The notes: generated by a model from the sequence alone, not told the origin. DNA of 64,000 nt from an uncultured Thermomicrobiales bacterium (GCA_902806325.1 CADCWE010000031.1:16112-80111), one strand, 5' to 3'. Counted from the first letter of the stretch, positions 11,696 to 21,459 are shown. Made by a program: numbers and translations.

Positions 11696-12058
11696 CTATT
11701 GCAGGAGCAGCTCGAAGCGGAGTTCGTCGCGCTCGGAGGCGGTGAGGCGCCGATCGACGACGCCGATCAAGGCGGCGACGAGGTGGGCGACCTGGTGCCC
11801 AAGCAACGTCCCGGCCACGGCACCAGCGACCCCGCCGACCGCGGTGCCGAGGAGAAAGGGATAAACGGCATTGGCGCCGCGCCCGGCGTCCGCGATGCCG
11901 GCCGCGCGGATCTGGTCCTCGACCGTAGGGATGGTGCCAGGGATCACCCCGTTCCTGCCTTCCGCGATTGCGACGACCCCGACCGGCAACGGCGCCGTCC
12001 GGTTCCTTAACGTTGCCACCGGCCGCGGTGGCGGGGCGGTCGTGGGCGTCGGCGCCAA
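11696..12058 (-). CDS. Small hypothetical membrane protein with glycine-zipper helix
   Basis: FLLGTAVGGVAGAVAGTLLG hydrophobic segment; starts 24 bp after rsfS and ends before the hairpin; start uncertain. Confidence 0.6.
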   Translation of the reverse strand: MAPTPTTAPPPRPVATLRNRTAPLPVGVVAIAEGRNGVIPGTIPTVEDQIRAAGIADAGRGANAVYPFLLGTAVGGVAGAVAGTLLGHQVAHLVAALIGVVDRRLTASERDELRFELLLQ

Positions 12059-12082
12059 TGCGCCACCGTGCCGCGGCGTTGG

Positions 12083-12436
12083 TTACTGGATTGCGAGCAC
12101 GGTCTGGGCGTCGGACCAGCGGTCTTCCAGACGGTAGAAGGCGCGCTGCTCGACATCGAAGACGTGGACCATCACCGCCCCGTAGTCGAGCACAATCCAG
12201 CCCGAGGCGGCGTCGCCCTCGCTGCGCTCCGAGCGAATCCCCGCCTCGGTCAGCTTGTCGCCGATCTCGCGAGCGATCGCGCGGAGCTGGCGTTCGTTCT
12301 CTCCGGAGCAGATCACGAACAGGTCGGCGATCGGCGAGAGGGCCTGGATGTCGAGCACGACCGTGTCGGCGGCCGGTGTGTCGGCGATCACGTCGGCGAT
12401 ACGCAACGCGAGATCCCGGCTTTGGGGATCCGCCAT
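12083..12436 (-). CDS. rsfS: Ribosome silencing factor RsfS (iojap); start may be the ATC at 12529
   Basis: IADLFVICSG, WIVLDYGAVMVHVF, RAFYRLEDRW. Confidence 0.93.
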   Translation of the reverse strand: MADPQSRDLALRIADVIADTPAADTVVLDIQALSPIADLFVICSGENERQLRAIAREIGDKLTEAGIRSERSEGDAASGWIVLDYGAVMVHVFDVEQRAFYRLEDRWSDAQTVLAIQ

Positions 12437-12636
12437 CGCGACGATAGACTCGCTGTCCTCGTCGTCCACGCCAGCGGCGGGACCGAGGAGGGCTTCTTCT
12501 TGGAGTGGCGAAATGGTCTCGGTATCGATGCCCGGCCTCCTCGGCTCCTTCGATACAGATGTACGAACACAACGAACGGACTTGCCGTCGCCCCAAGTAT
12601 ACGGCGGGGCAGGAGCGGCCACAAGGCCGGCCGCGG

Positions 12637-12708
12637 TGGGCCCGGCAGGGATCGAACCTGCGACCCTGGGGTTATGAGCCCCGTGCTCTGCCGCTGAGCT
12701 ACGGGCCC
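12637..12708 (-). tRNA. tRNA with CAT anticodon, probably tRNA-Ile2 (lysidine type)
   Basis: GGGCCCGTAGCTCAG...GGGG-CTCATAA-CCCC...GGTTCGATCC; paired G1-C72 excludes initiator; CTCATAA loop resembles known Ile2 tRNAs. Confidence 0.85.
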
Positions 12709-12862
12709 GCGCGACGCCCGGTCGAAGAGCCGGCGGTCGGGCCATGCTACCACGCCGGCCCAATCCGTGGGCGAACCAGGACGACCGGTCTGGTCGGCGA
12801 GCGGTGCGCGCGACGGGGAACGAATTCCGCTCGCCGAGTAACAGCCGTCGACCGTTACCGGG

Positions 12863-12935
12863 AGCGGGGGACGGGACTCGAACCCGCGACAACCTGCTTG
12901 GAAGGCAGGCACTCTACCAACTGAGTTACCCCCGC
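12863..12935 (-). tRNA. tRNA-Gly(TCC)
   Basis: GCGGGGGTAACTCAG...CCTGC-CTTCCAA-GCAGG...GGTTCGAGTCC, U discriminator. Confidence 0.96.
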
Positions 12936-12962
12936 GAAACGACGGGCGGGCCGAACGGCCGG

Positions 12963-13036
12963 TCGGGGTGAGAGGATTCGAACCTCCGACCTCAGCGTCC
13001 CAAACGCCGCGCGCTGCCAGGCTGCGCCACACCCCG
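12963..13036 (-). tRNA. tRNA-Pro(TGG)
   Basis: CGGGGTGTGGCGCAGCCTGG...CGGCG-TTTGGGA-CGCTG...GGTTCGAATCC. Confidence 0.96.
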
Positions 13037-13068
13037 AAGCGGACGGCCCGTTCCCCGTCGCGGCGACG

Positions 13069-13077
13069 AGTATAGCA
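13069..13077 (-). promoter_or_regulatory. Extended -10 promoter of the tRNA cluster
   Basis: TGCTATACT on the minus strand, about 32 bp upstream of tRNA-Pro. Confidence 0.75.
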
Positions 13078-13113
13078 GCCCGGCGGTCGCCGGGCTGCGC
13101 TGGTCCGATGCCG

Positions 13114-15411
13114 TCAGACCGACCGGCGCAGGATCGCGACGTCCCCTTGGTCGAAGACCGTGCTCCATCCGGCGCCGGTGAGCGCGGAAAAGTCGCCCAC
13201 CTCGTAGGGAGGCGCGGGCGGAACGAGACAATCCCGGGAGACCCCCTCGCCGCGTTCGAGGTTCCCGACCACGAGCAGGGTGACGCCGTAGCGATCGAGC
13301 AACGCCGCGTCGGCCCGCTCGTACATCGTGGCGACGTCGGCCCGGCGGGGTTCGATCTGCGCCGCGAGTTCGGGCTGGCCGGAGCGCCACTGGCCTTCGT
13401 GGCCCGTCCAGCCGATCACGGTCGGCACCCCGGTGAACGTGGCGAAGCGGGCGAACAACGAGTTGTAGGTGCAGCGGCTGCTCGCTTCCAATAGCACGTC
13501 GTCCTCGTCGGCGTTGGCGCGCAGCCAGCGGATCGCCGCCGCCTCGTCGGGGAAGGCGTCTTCGACGTGCGCCAGCCCATCGAGGCCCCGCCAGCGGGCG
13601 AACTCGCCCGTCCAACGGTAGGAGGCGATGACCGGGTAGACCGACGCGGCGACAACCGCGACCGCGACCGCGCCGAACAGGGCCGGCCGAGCCGCCCACC
13701 GGGGGCGGGCTTCCCGCCACAGTTCGACGGTCGTCAGCGCCGTCGCGATCCCGAACAGCAGCCAAACCTGGTAGTACGCCTTGAACACCGTGTTCATCCG
13801 GCTGGCGCCGAAGCTGTCGCGGAGATAAAAAAACTCGCAGACCAGGATCAGACCGAAGCCGGCCGCGTACAGCATCGTTGCCGCGTTGCGCGGCGTCGGC
13901 GCGCGGTCGCGTTGCAACAACGCCAATGCTGCGACCAGGGGCACGCCGCAGAGCAGCACCACCGGCGCCGGCGTCGCCACGGCCACGCCGAAAAGGACGA
14001 GCGCTCCGATGCCGACCCTTTGGGCCCAGGCGCGACTCGGGCGACGGGGGACGAGCAAGCCGAGGCGGCCGCCGATCAGCCAGATCGCGAAGACGTACGG
14101 CAGCCCGAACATCGTCAAGAACTCGCCGGTCGAGGTCCGTTCCCACTCCACGGCGCCGATCGTCGTCAGGATCCGGGTCAGGACCGGGATGTCGCGCAAC
14201 CCCTCCGCCAACTGTTCGGGGCTGCCCGCCAAGAGCGGAACGAAGCGGACCCAGAACGGCGACCAGGCCAGGACCGAGACGGCAACCGTGCCGAGACCGG
14301 CCACGAGCCGGAACCCCGGCGCCAAGGTCGGCGATCCGAACCACAGCGCCGCCAGCGCGATCACGAGGAAGGTCGGGTAATCCCACGAGTTCAGCGGGTA
14401 GAGCGCGCCGAGCGCGACCGCGGCGATGCCGAAGTAGACCCAGGCGTCGCGCCCCGCGGCGAGACGCGCCCGGCGCGAGCCAAGTGTGGCGAAGGCGAAG
14501 GCGATGCTCAACGCCAGCGTGGTAAACGGCAGCGACATGACGTGGGGATGGTTGTCGCCGAGCAAGAAGCTGAAGAACGGGAATTCGTCGATCACGGTCC
14601 CGGGAACCCGTTCGTTGCCGACGATCCGGTAATCGACGATCACCCGGCTGGCGTTCCAGCCGATGCCTTCCCACCAGCCTTGGCGCCACGTTTCGCCGGG
14701 GTCGGCGAGGAACTCCCTGGCCCCGTACAGGTTCCCGCCAACCATGACCAGGAACGACGCGAGGAGCGCAGCAATGCCGGAGCGCCGGGCGGAGAGGCGT
14801 CCGCGGGAGGCGTTGAAGGCCAGCCCGCCGACGGCGACGACCGTGGTGCTGAACGTGGTGACCAGGGCCAGGTTATGGGCGACGGAGGAAGCCACCACGG
14901 CGAGCCGCCCGACGGTGCCGTGGATCAGGTAGCCGAGATAGTAGTAGTTGATCGGTTCGCCAGCGAACCACGGATCCGGAGGCGGCATCTCGACGGCGCG
15001 CTGACTGGCGGCCAGCAACGCGGCGTCCATCGGCTTCTCGGTGCTGTCCGCCGCCGGGGTGAAGCCGCGCAGCCAGAGATAGGCGAGGAAGACGCTCAGC
15101 GAGAGCAGCTCCGCGACCATGAGTCCGCGCAGCCACCCCTTGTCCGGCCGGCCACGGCTCAGGAGCAGCCCCCAGGAGAGCACCGAAAGCATCGCCATGG
15201 AGAGCCACAACCCGGCGGTGGAGTAGGGGACGGGCGACAGACTGCTGAGGAGCCAGAGCGGGAAAACGACGCCGAGCAGCGCCACCGCCCGCGCCGCGGA
15301 CGCGCCACGATCGGCCAGGTGGCCGAGCAGGAAATGGGCGATCGGCGCCAAGCCCCAGGTGGCGACAAGCAGCACCGCGTACCACCGAGCGGCTTCCGGA
15401 ACCCAGTTCAC
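13114..15411 (-). CDS. DUF2298 / Chlor_Arch_YYY-domain polytopic membrane protein
   Basis: TEKPMD, PPPDPWFAGEPINYYYLGY, EFPFFSFLLGDNHPH, NSWDYPT, RMNTVFK, TGVPTVIGWTGHEGQWR; GTG start after AGGTG. Confidence 0.85.
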   Translation of the reverse strand: MNWVPEAARWYAVLLVATWGLAPIAHFLLGHLADRGASAARAVALLGVVFPLWLLSSLSPVPYSTAGLWLSMAMLSVLSWGLLLSRGRPDKGWLRGLMVAELLSLSVFLAYLWLRGFTPAADSTEKPMDAALLAASQRAVEMPPPDPWFAGEPINYYYLGYLIHGTVGRLAVVASSVAHNLALVTTFSTTVVAVGGLAFNASRGRLSARRSGIAALLASFLVMVGGNLYGAREFLADPGETWRQGWWEGIGWNASRVIVDYRIVGNERVPGTVIDEFPFFSFLLGDNHPHVMSLPFTTLALSIAFAFATLGSRRARLAAGRDAWVYFGIAAVALGALYPLNSWDYPTFLVIALAALWFGSPTLAPGFRLVAGLGTVAVSVLAWSPFWVRFVPLLAGSPEQLAEGLRDIPVLTRILTTIGAVEWERTSTGEFLTMFGLPYVFAIWLIGGRLGLLVPRRPSRAWAQRVGIGALVLFGVAVATPAPVVLLCGVPLVAALALLQRDRAPTPRNAATMLYAAGFGLILVCEFFYLRDSFGASRMNTVFKAYYQVWLLFGIATALTTVELWREARPRWAARPALFGAVAVAVVAASVYPVIASYRWTGEFARWRGLDGLAHVEDAFPDEAAAIRWLRANADEDDVLLEASSRCTYNSLFARFATFTGVPTVIGWTGHEGQWRSGQPELAAQIEPRRADVATMYERADAALLDRYGVTLLVVGNLERGEGVSRDCLVPPAPPYEVGDFSALTGAGWSTVFDQGDVAILRRSV

Positions 15412-15439
15412 AGGCGCACCTGACGCGACGGCAAGCCGT

Positions 15440-18400
15440 TCATCCGCTACCGCCTGCGGCCACCCGGTAAACGGTTGTCGCGCCTTCCTGAAAAACAACC
15501 TCGAGCGCCGTGCCGACCATTTCGTCGAAGGCGGCGAGGCCATCGGCGGAGGCGTAAGGCGCGCCGTCGTCGCCCCGCCATTTGCGCTCGATGTCGCCGA
15601 CAACGACGTACTCGACGTCGTACCGGCGCAGGATCGCCATCTTGTCGACCGGTTCGGTCGCGTTGTAGAGCGCCCGCAGATCTGCCACCCGCTCTTGGAG
15701 CCCTTCCGGGTAGCGCTGCTGGGAAAGGTGGTAGTCCCACCCGATGACGACCGGTAGGCCGGTGGCGATGGCGATCCGGCTCCCGTTGCCGCGGTACCCG
15801 CCGATGGCCGCTTCGGCGATGACGGGCGACCCGACGACGTGCTTGTTCAGCCAGTCGATCGCCGCCCGATCGCCGGCGAAGGAGATCTGTTCGGTGATCG
15901 CGGCGCCCGTGGCGTCGCGCCGCCCGGTCTCCACGGTCAGCGTGCCGTAGTCCATCCAATCGAGCCCATTCAGGGTTTGCGAGCCGAGGTCGTCGGTAAA
16001 GCGTTGGCGGAGACGGGGCCCGGTCGCGGTGACCGGGTAGACGAGGGACGCGGCCACGACCAGCACGGCAAGTCCCAGCCCCGCCCGGGACCATAGGGCG
16101 ACCGGCGACAGCGCGGTATGAGTACGGACCCAATCGTCATCGCGCGTCCCGGCGCCCAATCGCGACGCTGGGCCTACGATGCCAAGGGCGGCGGCGTCGG
16201 GTCGATCCCCACCCCCTCTGAGACGCGCGTCGGCGAGCATCCGGACGACGAAGGCGGCGGCGGCGATCGCCAGCAAAACCCATATCTGGTTGTAGAACTT
16301 GAATACCGTGTTCATCCGCTCGGCGTCGCCGCCGGCCAGGTTGTCGGCCACAAAGACGACCTCGATCCCGGCGGCCAGGGCGCAGGCGGTGCCGACCATC
16401 AGGCCGACGAATCGTTGGCCGATTCCCGTTCCAAAGACCCAGACGGCAACCGCCGCCGTCGCCATCGCCAGGGCGAGCGCCATGGTCGGCCGGTCCACCG
16501 CGAGCGCGGCACCGGCGGCGGTCAGCCCGGTTGCCAGGCCGCCGCGACCGGCCAGACGCGCCGTGCGGTCGTTTCGGCTGCCGATCGCGTACCAACCGGC
16601 CAATCCAAGAACGGCGGCGATCGTGGTGACGAATGCGGTCGTCAGGGCGGACGCGAGCGGCTCGTCGTTGCCCAGCACGGAGCCGCGGACGATTAGGATC
16701 GTCGCCAGCACCAGGAGGGGAAGGGCGGGATCGAGCAGCGGCGCGCCGGAGACGGAAATCCAGGCCACCAGCGCGGCGACGATCCCGATTCCCACCAGGA
16801 GCAGCAGTCCACCCAGGTGGTCCGCAAACTGCCAGAACGGCGACGGCACCCGCGTTCGCCCGAGTGACCCGAACAAGGCGACGTAGTGGGTGTGGAAGGG
16901 AAGGAATAACGCATAGGCCAGGGCGCCAAGTCCGGTCGCGAGACCGGCGGCAACGCCCAAGCGAACGGCCAACGGGCGGATCGCCGAGGTGGCCATAAAC
17001 AGGGCGGCGGCAGACAGGCCGAGGTACGTCGGCACGTCCCAAGCGTTCGTTGGCATCAACGACCCGACCGCAATCGCGAGTAGCACCAGACGCACGGTCA
17101 GGGCGGCGCCCAGGGCGGGGCGGCGGCGTGGCCGGCGCAACGCCAACGCCAATCCACGCGGATCGCGGGCCAGCGCATAGCCGATGGCGAGGACCAGGAC
17201 CGTGATTGGCAGCGCGACGACGTGAGCGTGGAGATCGGCGTAAAGGCCGGTGAAGAACGGGAACTCCGTGATGGTGTTATTGCCGAGGATCAGTCGGGTC
17301 GGATCCCAGGTGTAGTACCCGAACCCATCGCCGACGTCAGCCGGGCGGCGGAGGTACTGCACCAATCCGTCGAGGTTGCCGATCCCGACCAGGAAGAGCA
17401 CGCCGAGCGCGCCGGCCGGGATGGCGTAGCGGGCGCGGTGCACGAGATCCCGGCCAATGGTGGCGGCGAGGGCGAAACCGGTGCTGGCCAGCAACGCGAG
17501 CATGGTCGGCTGGGCGAGGTTGAAGGCGATCTCGCTCGGGATGCCGGTCACCTTGGCGCAGAATGCGACCAGATACAGACCGTAATAGTAGTAGTTGATA
17601 TACCCGCCGGCGTACCACGGATCGAGCGGCGGGAAGTGGGCGGAGCGGAGGATGCCGTTGAGGTGGGCGAATTCCATCGGCTTTTCGCCGCCCCAGATCG
17701 GGTGCCAGGAGTCCGGGTTAAGGTAGCGGAACAGGAGGAAAAGCGCGAAGACGAGCCAGAACGCCGCCTCGGTCCCGAGCGCGGTTCGCCGTTGTGCCGG
17801 GCGTACGGTCCATAGTTTCGTGCGTCGACGCCACCGTTCGCGGGCCGCCCAGCCGACAGCCGCCAGAACGAGGAGCGCCGCGGCGGCCCAAACCGCGCGG
17901 AAGGCGAAGAGGGGCAGGCTGGCCCCGATCCAGACGACATATCCCCCAAGAGTAAGAGAGATCAGTCTCGCAAACCCCCAGCCGGCATCGGCAAACCGGC
18001 CAAAGACCAATCCGGCGAGCGGCCAGCCGACGATTTGGAGGGCAGCAAGCAGGATCAGCCAGGCGCCTAGGGCGACCCAGGAATTGGAAGTCCAGGCGGC
18101 GCTCCACCGGGCGTCCGCGACCACCGGCAGTTCGCCGACCGGCTCATCGAGTTGGAGTTTGGTCTCCGGAGCGTGACGGGTGGGGCTGACCGGCGCCGCC
18201 GTCGCGTCCGCGAACAGCGCCGCGAAGGTTTCGCGATCGACCAGCCTTTCTTTCGCGAAGATGAGGACCCGGGGGTGGTCATAGTTGATGAACGATTCGT
18301 CGGCGTCGTGGTCGGAGATCGAGAACGGCCCGAGACTGGGGTAGCGGGTGAACTCCTTCTCTAACCGAAAGCCGAGTTCTCCGCTCTCCAAGAGGTCGTA

Positions 18401-20329
18401 GAATCGGGTCTGGACCGGGTAACGCCACGGGGAGCGGGGAACCGAGTCCATGACCCGGTTTGATGAAACCACGTAGTAGTCCACCTGGTCCAACCCGCGG
18501 TAGAGCATCTCGGTCGCCTGGGCGTCTCCGGTCGCCTCCAAGGCGGCGGCGAGTCGGTCGAGCGACGGGGCGATGCGTTCCGCCGGGTCAACCGTCGCCT
18601 CGTCGCGCAGGGCACGGGCGAGGGCGCGAGCGGCGTCCCCGAGTTCGTAATTGGGCGGCAGGAGCAGGAGATCTCCGGTGGCGTGGTCGAGGGCGTCGGC
18701 CAGTCGCTCGCGGTCTGGTTGGGACCAACGCCCGGTTTGGGTCGTCAGTTCGCGCAGCGAGGCGGCGGCGGATCGGTAGTCCAGGCGGTCGAGGGACTCG
18801 CCGGCCGATGCCGTGGCGTCGGTTGCGGCGAAGGCGGCGCCGATCGTCCGGAGATCGGCCGGGACGGGACGGTCGGCGTAGATATCGAACCAAACAGTCT
18901 CGAATTGGAAGTCCGCGCCGCTGAAGCCGGGTCCGAGGTTGGACGGCAGCGGGTCGTCCCAATACTCGCCGCTGAGGACGCTGCCCGGCGGCAGATTGGC
19001 GAACATCCAGCGGCTCGCCGCGAGGCGGGTGTTCTCGTGCGCGTAGATGGTCGAGAACGCGGCGGTCCAGAGTCCGGCCCCCGCCAGTAGCACCGCGCCT
19101 GCAAGCCCGGCCAGGCGCGGTCCACGCCAGCGCGCGAGGGCACCCCAGATCCCGTCGAGCGCCAACCCGGCCGCGACCGCCAAGACCGGGGTGAGCGGCG
19201 CCAGGTAGCGGAGGAACTTGGTTTCCGGCAGCGCGATCACCAGCGTGTAACCGAGGAACCAGGCCAACAGCAGCGCGCGGCCACCAGTCGGGTGACGCCA
19301 GAAGCGGTAGGCGAGCCACGGCAATCCGAGCAGCGCCAGGACGCCGGCGACCGGACCGAATCCGAAGCGGACCAACTGCTCCGCCTGGTACAGCATCGGC
19401 GTGGTGCCGACGTACTGCCGGGTGTAGGGGACGTCGATGATGCCGCGGACGATGTTGGCCTGCTCTTCGAGCGAGCGCCGGTACGGCCCCGGCGACAGCA
19501 GCGCGTACGGCTCGAACAGCGCGAAGCAGCCCAGCGCGGCGACACCGGCGACGGCGATCCGCTCCGGCGCCGCGGTCAACGCCGCGAGCGGGGTCGCCCC
19601 AGCCCGCCAGCGCCGCCAGACGTCGTAGACGACCGCGACGGCGACCACGCCACCCAGCGTGAAGACGCTGCCCTTGGTCGCCATCGCCAGCCCGAAGGCG
19701 GCGCCGGTGGCGGCGAACCAGCGCCGTTGCCCGCCCTCGGCGGCGCGGATCGCCCAGAGCAAGCAAAGGGCGACGAAAAACGTCAGCCAGGCGTCGGTGG
19801 TGAAGAAATGGGCGAGCTGGATCGACATCGGCGCCAGTGCGGCAACGACGGCGCCGAGCAGGCCAACCCGGCGGTTGAAGACGCGGGTGCCGATCAGGTA
19901 GACGATCAGGACCGTGCCGGTGTCGAGCAGGGCCGAGATCGGTCGCCCGATCAGGTAAATGTTGTCGTACCAGTGCCAGTCCCGGTCGCTGAACCAGGTC
20001 AGCACCTCCGCCACCGCGTCGACGACCAGCAGCGGCAGGGCGCCGTAGGCGAACCCCCGCGGGCGACCCTCGGCGTCGGGCGTGCGCGGGTTCAGGCCGC
20101 TCTTGTCCGGATCGAGGAGGTTAGAGAGCGGCGCGCCGTCGAGGAAGATGCGGGAGTAGGTGACGTCGGCGACGTGGCGCTCGTCGGGGTGCAAGTACCG
20201 GCCTTCGTCCCAGGTCAACCCGAACAAGCGCAGCGCCAGCGCGGCAACCAGCACCGCCCCGAGCGCGACGTGGTGGGGCCGCCGCGCGAGCGAGACGAGG
20301 ACGGTGCGGAATGCGATCATGGCGCCCAT
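15440..20329 (-). CDS. About 1630-aa membrane protein: PMT/GT39-like glycosyltransferase fused to a DUF2298/YYY domain
   Basis: N-terminal LHPDERH, AHFFTTD, KFLRYLAP; then GGEKPMEFAHLN, PPLDPWYAGGYINYYYYG, ADLHAH, RMNTVFKFY; start 20329 or 20320. Confidence 0.85.
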   Translation of the reverse strand: MGAMIAFRTVLVSLARRPHHVALGAVLVAALALRLFGLTWDEGRYLHPDERHVADVTYSRIFLDGAPLSNLLDPDKSGLNPRTPDAEGRPRGFAYGALPLLVVDAVAEVLTWFSDRDWHWYDNIYLIGRPISALLDTGTVLIVYLIGTRVFNRRVGLLGAVVAALAPMSIQLAHFFTTDAWLTFFVALCLLWAIRAAEGGQRRWFAATGAAFGLAMATKGSVFTLGGVVAVAVVYDVWRRWRAGATPLAALTAAPERIAVAGVAALGCFALFEPYALLSPGPYRRSLEEQANIVRGIIDVPYTRQYVGTTPMLYQAEQLVRFGFGPVAGVLALLGLPWLAYRFWRHPTGGRALLLAWFLGYTLVIALPETKFLRYLAPLTPVLAVAAGLALDGIWGALARWRGPRLAGLAGAVLLAGAGLWTAAFSTIYAHENTRLAASRWMFANLPPGSVLSGEYWDDPLPSNLGPGFSGADFQFETVWFDIYADRPVPADLRTIGAAFAATDATASAGESLDRLDYRSAAASLRELTTQTGRWSQPDRERLADALDHATGDLLLLPPNYELGDAARALARALRDEATVDPAERIAPSLDRLAAALEATGDAQATEMLYRGLDQVDYYVVSSNRVMDSVPRSPWRYPVQTRFYDLLESGELGFRLEKEFTRYPSLGPFSISDHDADESFINYDHPRVLIFAKERLVDRETFAALFADATAAPVSPTRHAPETKLQLDEPVGELPVVADARWSAAWTSNSWVALGAWLILLAALQIVGWPLAGLVFGRFADAGWGFARLISLTLGGYVVWIGASLPLFAFRAVWAAAALLVLAAVGWAARERWRRRTKLWTVRPAQRRTALGTEAAFWLVFALFLLFRYLNPDSWHPIWGGEKPMEFAHLNGILRSAHFPPLDPWYAGGYINYYYYGLYLVAFCAKVTGIPSEIAFNLAQPTMLALLASTGFALAATIGRDLVHRARYAIPAGALGVLFLVGIGNLDGLVQYLRRPADVGDGFGYYTWDPTRLILGNNTITEFPFFTGLYADLHAHVVALPITVLVLAIGYALARDPRGLALALRRPRRRPALGAALTVRLVLLAIAVGSLMPTNAWDVPTYLGLSAAALFMATSAIRPLAVRLGVAAGLATGLGALAYALFLPFHTHYVALFGSLGRTRVPSPFWQFADHLGGLLLLVGIGIVAALVAWISVSGAPLLDPALPLLVLATILIVRGSVLGNDEPLASALTTAFVTTIAAVLGLAGWYAIGSRNDRTARLAGRGGLATGLTAAGAALAVDRPTMALALAMATAAVAVWVFGTGIGQRFVGLMVGTACALAAGIEVVFVADNLAGGDAERMNTVFKFYNQIWVLLAIAAAAFVVRMLADARLRGGGDRPDAAALGIVGPASRLGAGTRDDDWVRTHTALSPVALWSRAGLGLAVLVVAASLVYPVTATGPRLRQRFTDDLGSQTLNGLDWMDYGTLTVETGRRDATGAAITEQISFAGDRAAIDWLNKHVVGSPVIAEAAIGGYRGNGSRIAIATGLPVVIGWDYHLSQQRYPEGLQERVADLRALYNATEPVDKMAILRRYDVEYVVVGDIERKWRGDDGAPYASADGLAAFDEMVGTALEVVFQEGATTVYRVAAGGSG

Positions 20330-20445
20330 TCTAGCCACCAGGCGACGCGCGGTCGAGGCGTCCCGCCGCGCCGGAGGTCGCCGATCGGTCCCATCGTCGC
20401 CGCACGCGGGCGAACCCCCCGGCCAACAACGCAGGAACGAGAAGC

Positions 20446-21459
20446 ATGACAGAAACGGCGGGCACCATCGAATCGCGGTTGAAGATCGCCTTTTTTGGCA
20501 CCCCCGCGTTCGCCGTCCCGGCGTTGGAACGCTTGGCGGGGGACGAGCGGTTCGTTGTTGCCCTGGTGGTGACCCAACCGGACCGACCGGCGGGCCGCGG
20601 GCGCTCGCTGGTCGCCTCGCCGGTGAAACGGGCGGCGGAGCAGCTCGGATTAACCGTTTACCAGCCGGACGGCCTGCGCGCTGCCGCGGGGCGCGAACCG
20701 CTGGCGGTGCTGGAGGCCGACCTCTTCGTCGTTGCCGCCTACGGCCTGATCTTCGGCCGGAGAACGTTGGCGTTGCCACGGCTGGGCTGTCTCAACCTCC
20801 ACGCTTCGGTGTTGCCCCGCCACCGGGGGGCCAGCCCGATCGCGGCGGCGATCCTGAGCGGCGACGGGAGAACTGGCGTTTCGCTGATGGCGATGGAGCC
20901 GGGGTTGGACAACGGTCCCGTGATCGCGGTACGCCAGACGGTCATCACCGGGGACGACACGACCGCGTCGTTGACCGAGCGGCTGGCGGAGATCGGCGCC
21001 CGATTGGCGACGGAGGCGATCCCGGAGTTCGCGGCGGGCCGGCTGCCGGCGGTTTCCCAACCGGTCGTCGGCGTCACCGTCACCCGCCCGCTGACCAAGG
21101 CGGACGGGTGGCTGGATTGGACGCGATCGGCGAAGGACCTCGAGCGCCAGGTACGGGCGATGTGGCCGTGGCCGCGGGCGTGGACGACGCTGCGCGACGT
21201 GCCGTTGCAAATCCACCGGGCAACGGTGGTTGACCGGACCGGGGCCGACGAACCCGGCTCGATCCAGCTCCTCGGGGGCACCGTTTCGGTTCGCTGCGGA
21301 CAGGGCGCCTTGCGGCTCGACTCGGTGCAGCGCGCGGGCGGGCGGCCCGTTTCCGGACCCGCGTTGATTGCTGGCGGTCAGGTAAACGCGGACGATCGGA
21401 TGGGTGATGGCACCGCGCCCGCCGCCCCTGCCGAACCGATCGTCCAAGAGGTGAAATAA
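20446..21459 (+). CDS. fmt: Methionyl-tRNA formyltransferase
   Basis: FFGTPAFA, VTQPDRPAGRG, NLHASVLPRHRGASPI. Confidence 0.95.
   Translation: MTETAGTIESRLKIAFFGTPAFAVPALERLAGDERFVVALVVTQPDRPAGRGRSLVASPVKRAAEQLGLTVYQPDGLRAAAGREPLAVLEADLFVVAAYGLIFGRRTLALPRLGCLNLHASVLPRHRGASPIAAAILSGDGRTGVSLMAMEPGLDNGPVIAVRQTVITGDDTTASLTERLAEIGARLATEAIPEFAAGRLPAVSQPVVGVTVTRPLTKADGWLDWTRSAKDLERQVRAMWPWPRAWTTLRDVPLQIHRATVVDRTGADEPGSIQLLGGTVSVRCGQGALRLDSVQRAGGRPVSGPALIAGGQVNADDRMGDGTAPAAPAEPIVQEVK

Noticed and set aside
12637..21459. tRNA cluster as integration site of an island carrying the YYY genes
   Set aside because: The genes lie at the tRNA 5' side; I saw no integrase, att duplication or GC shift
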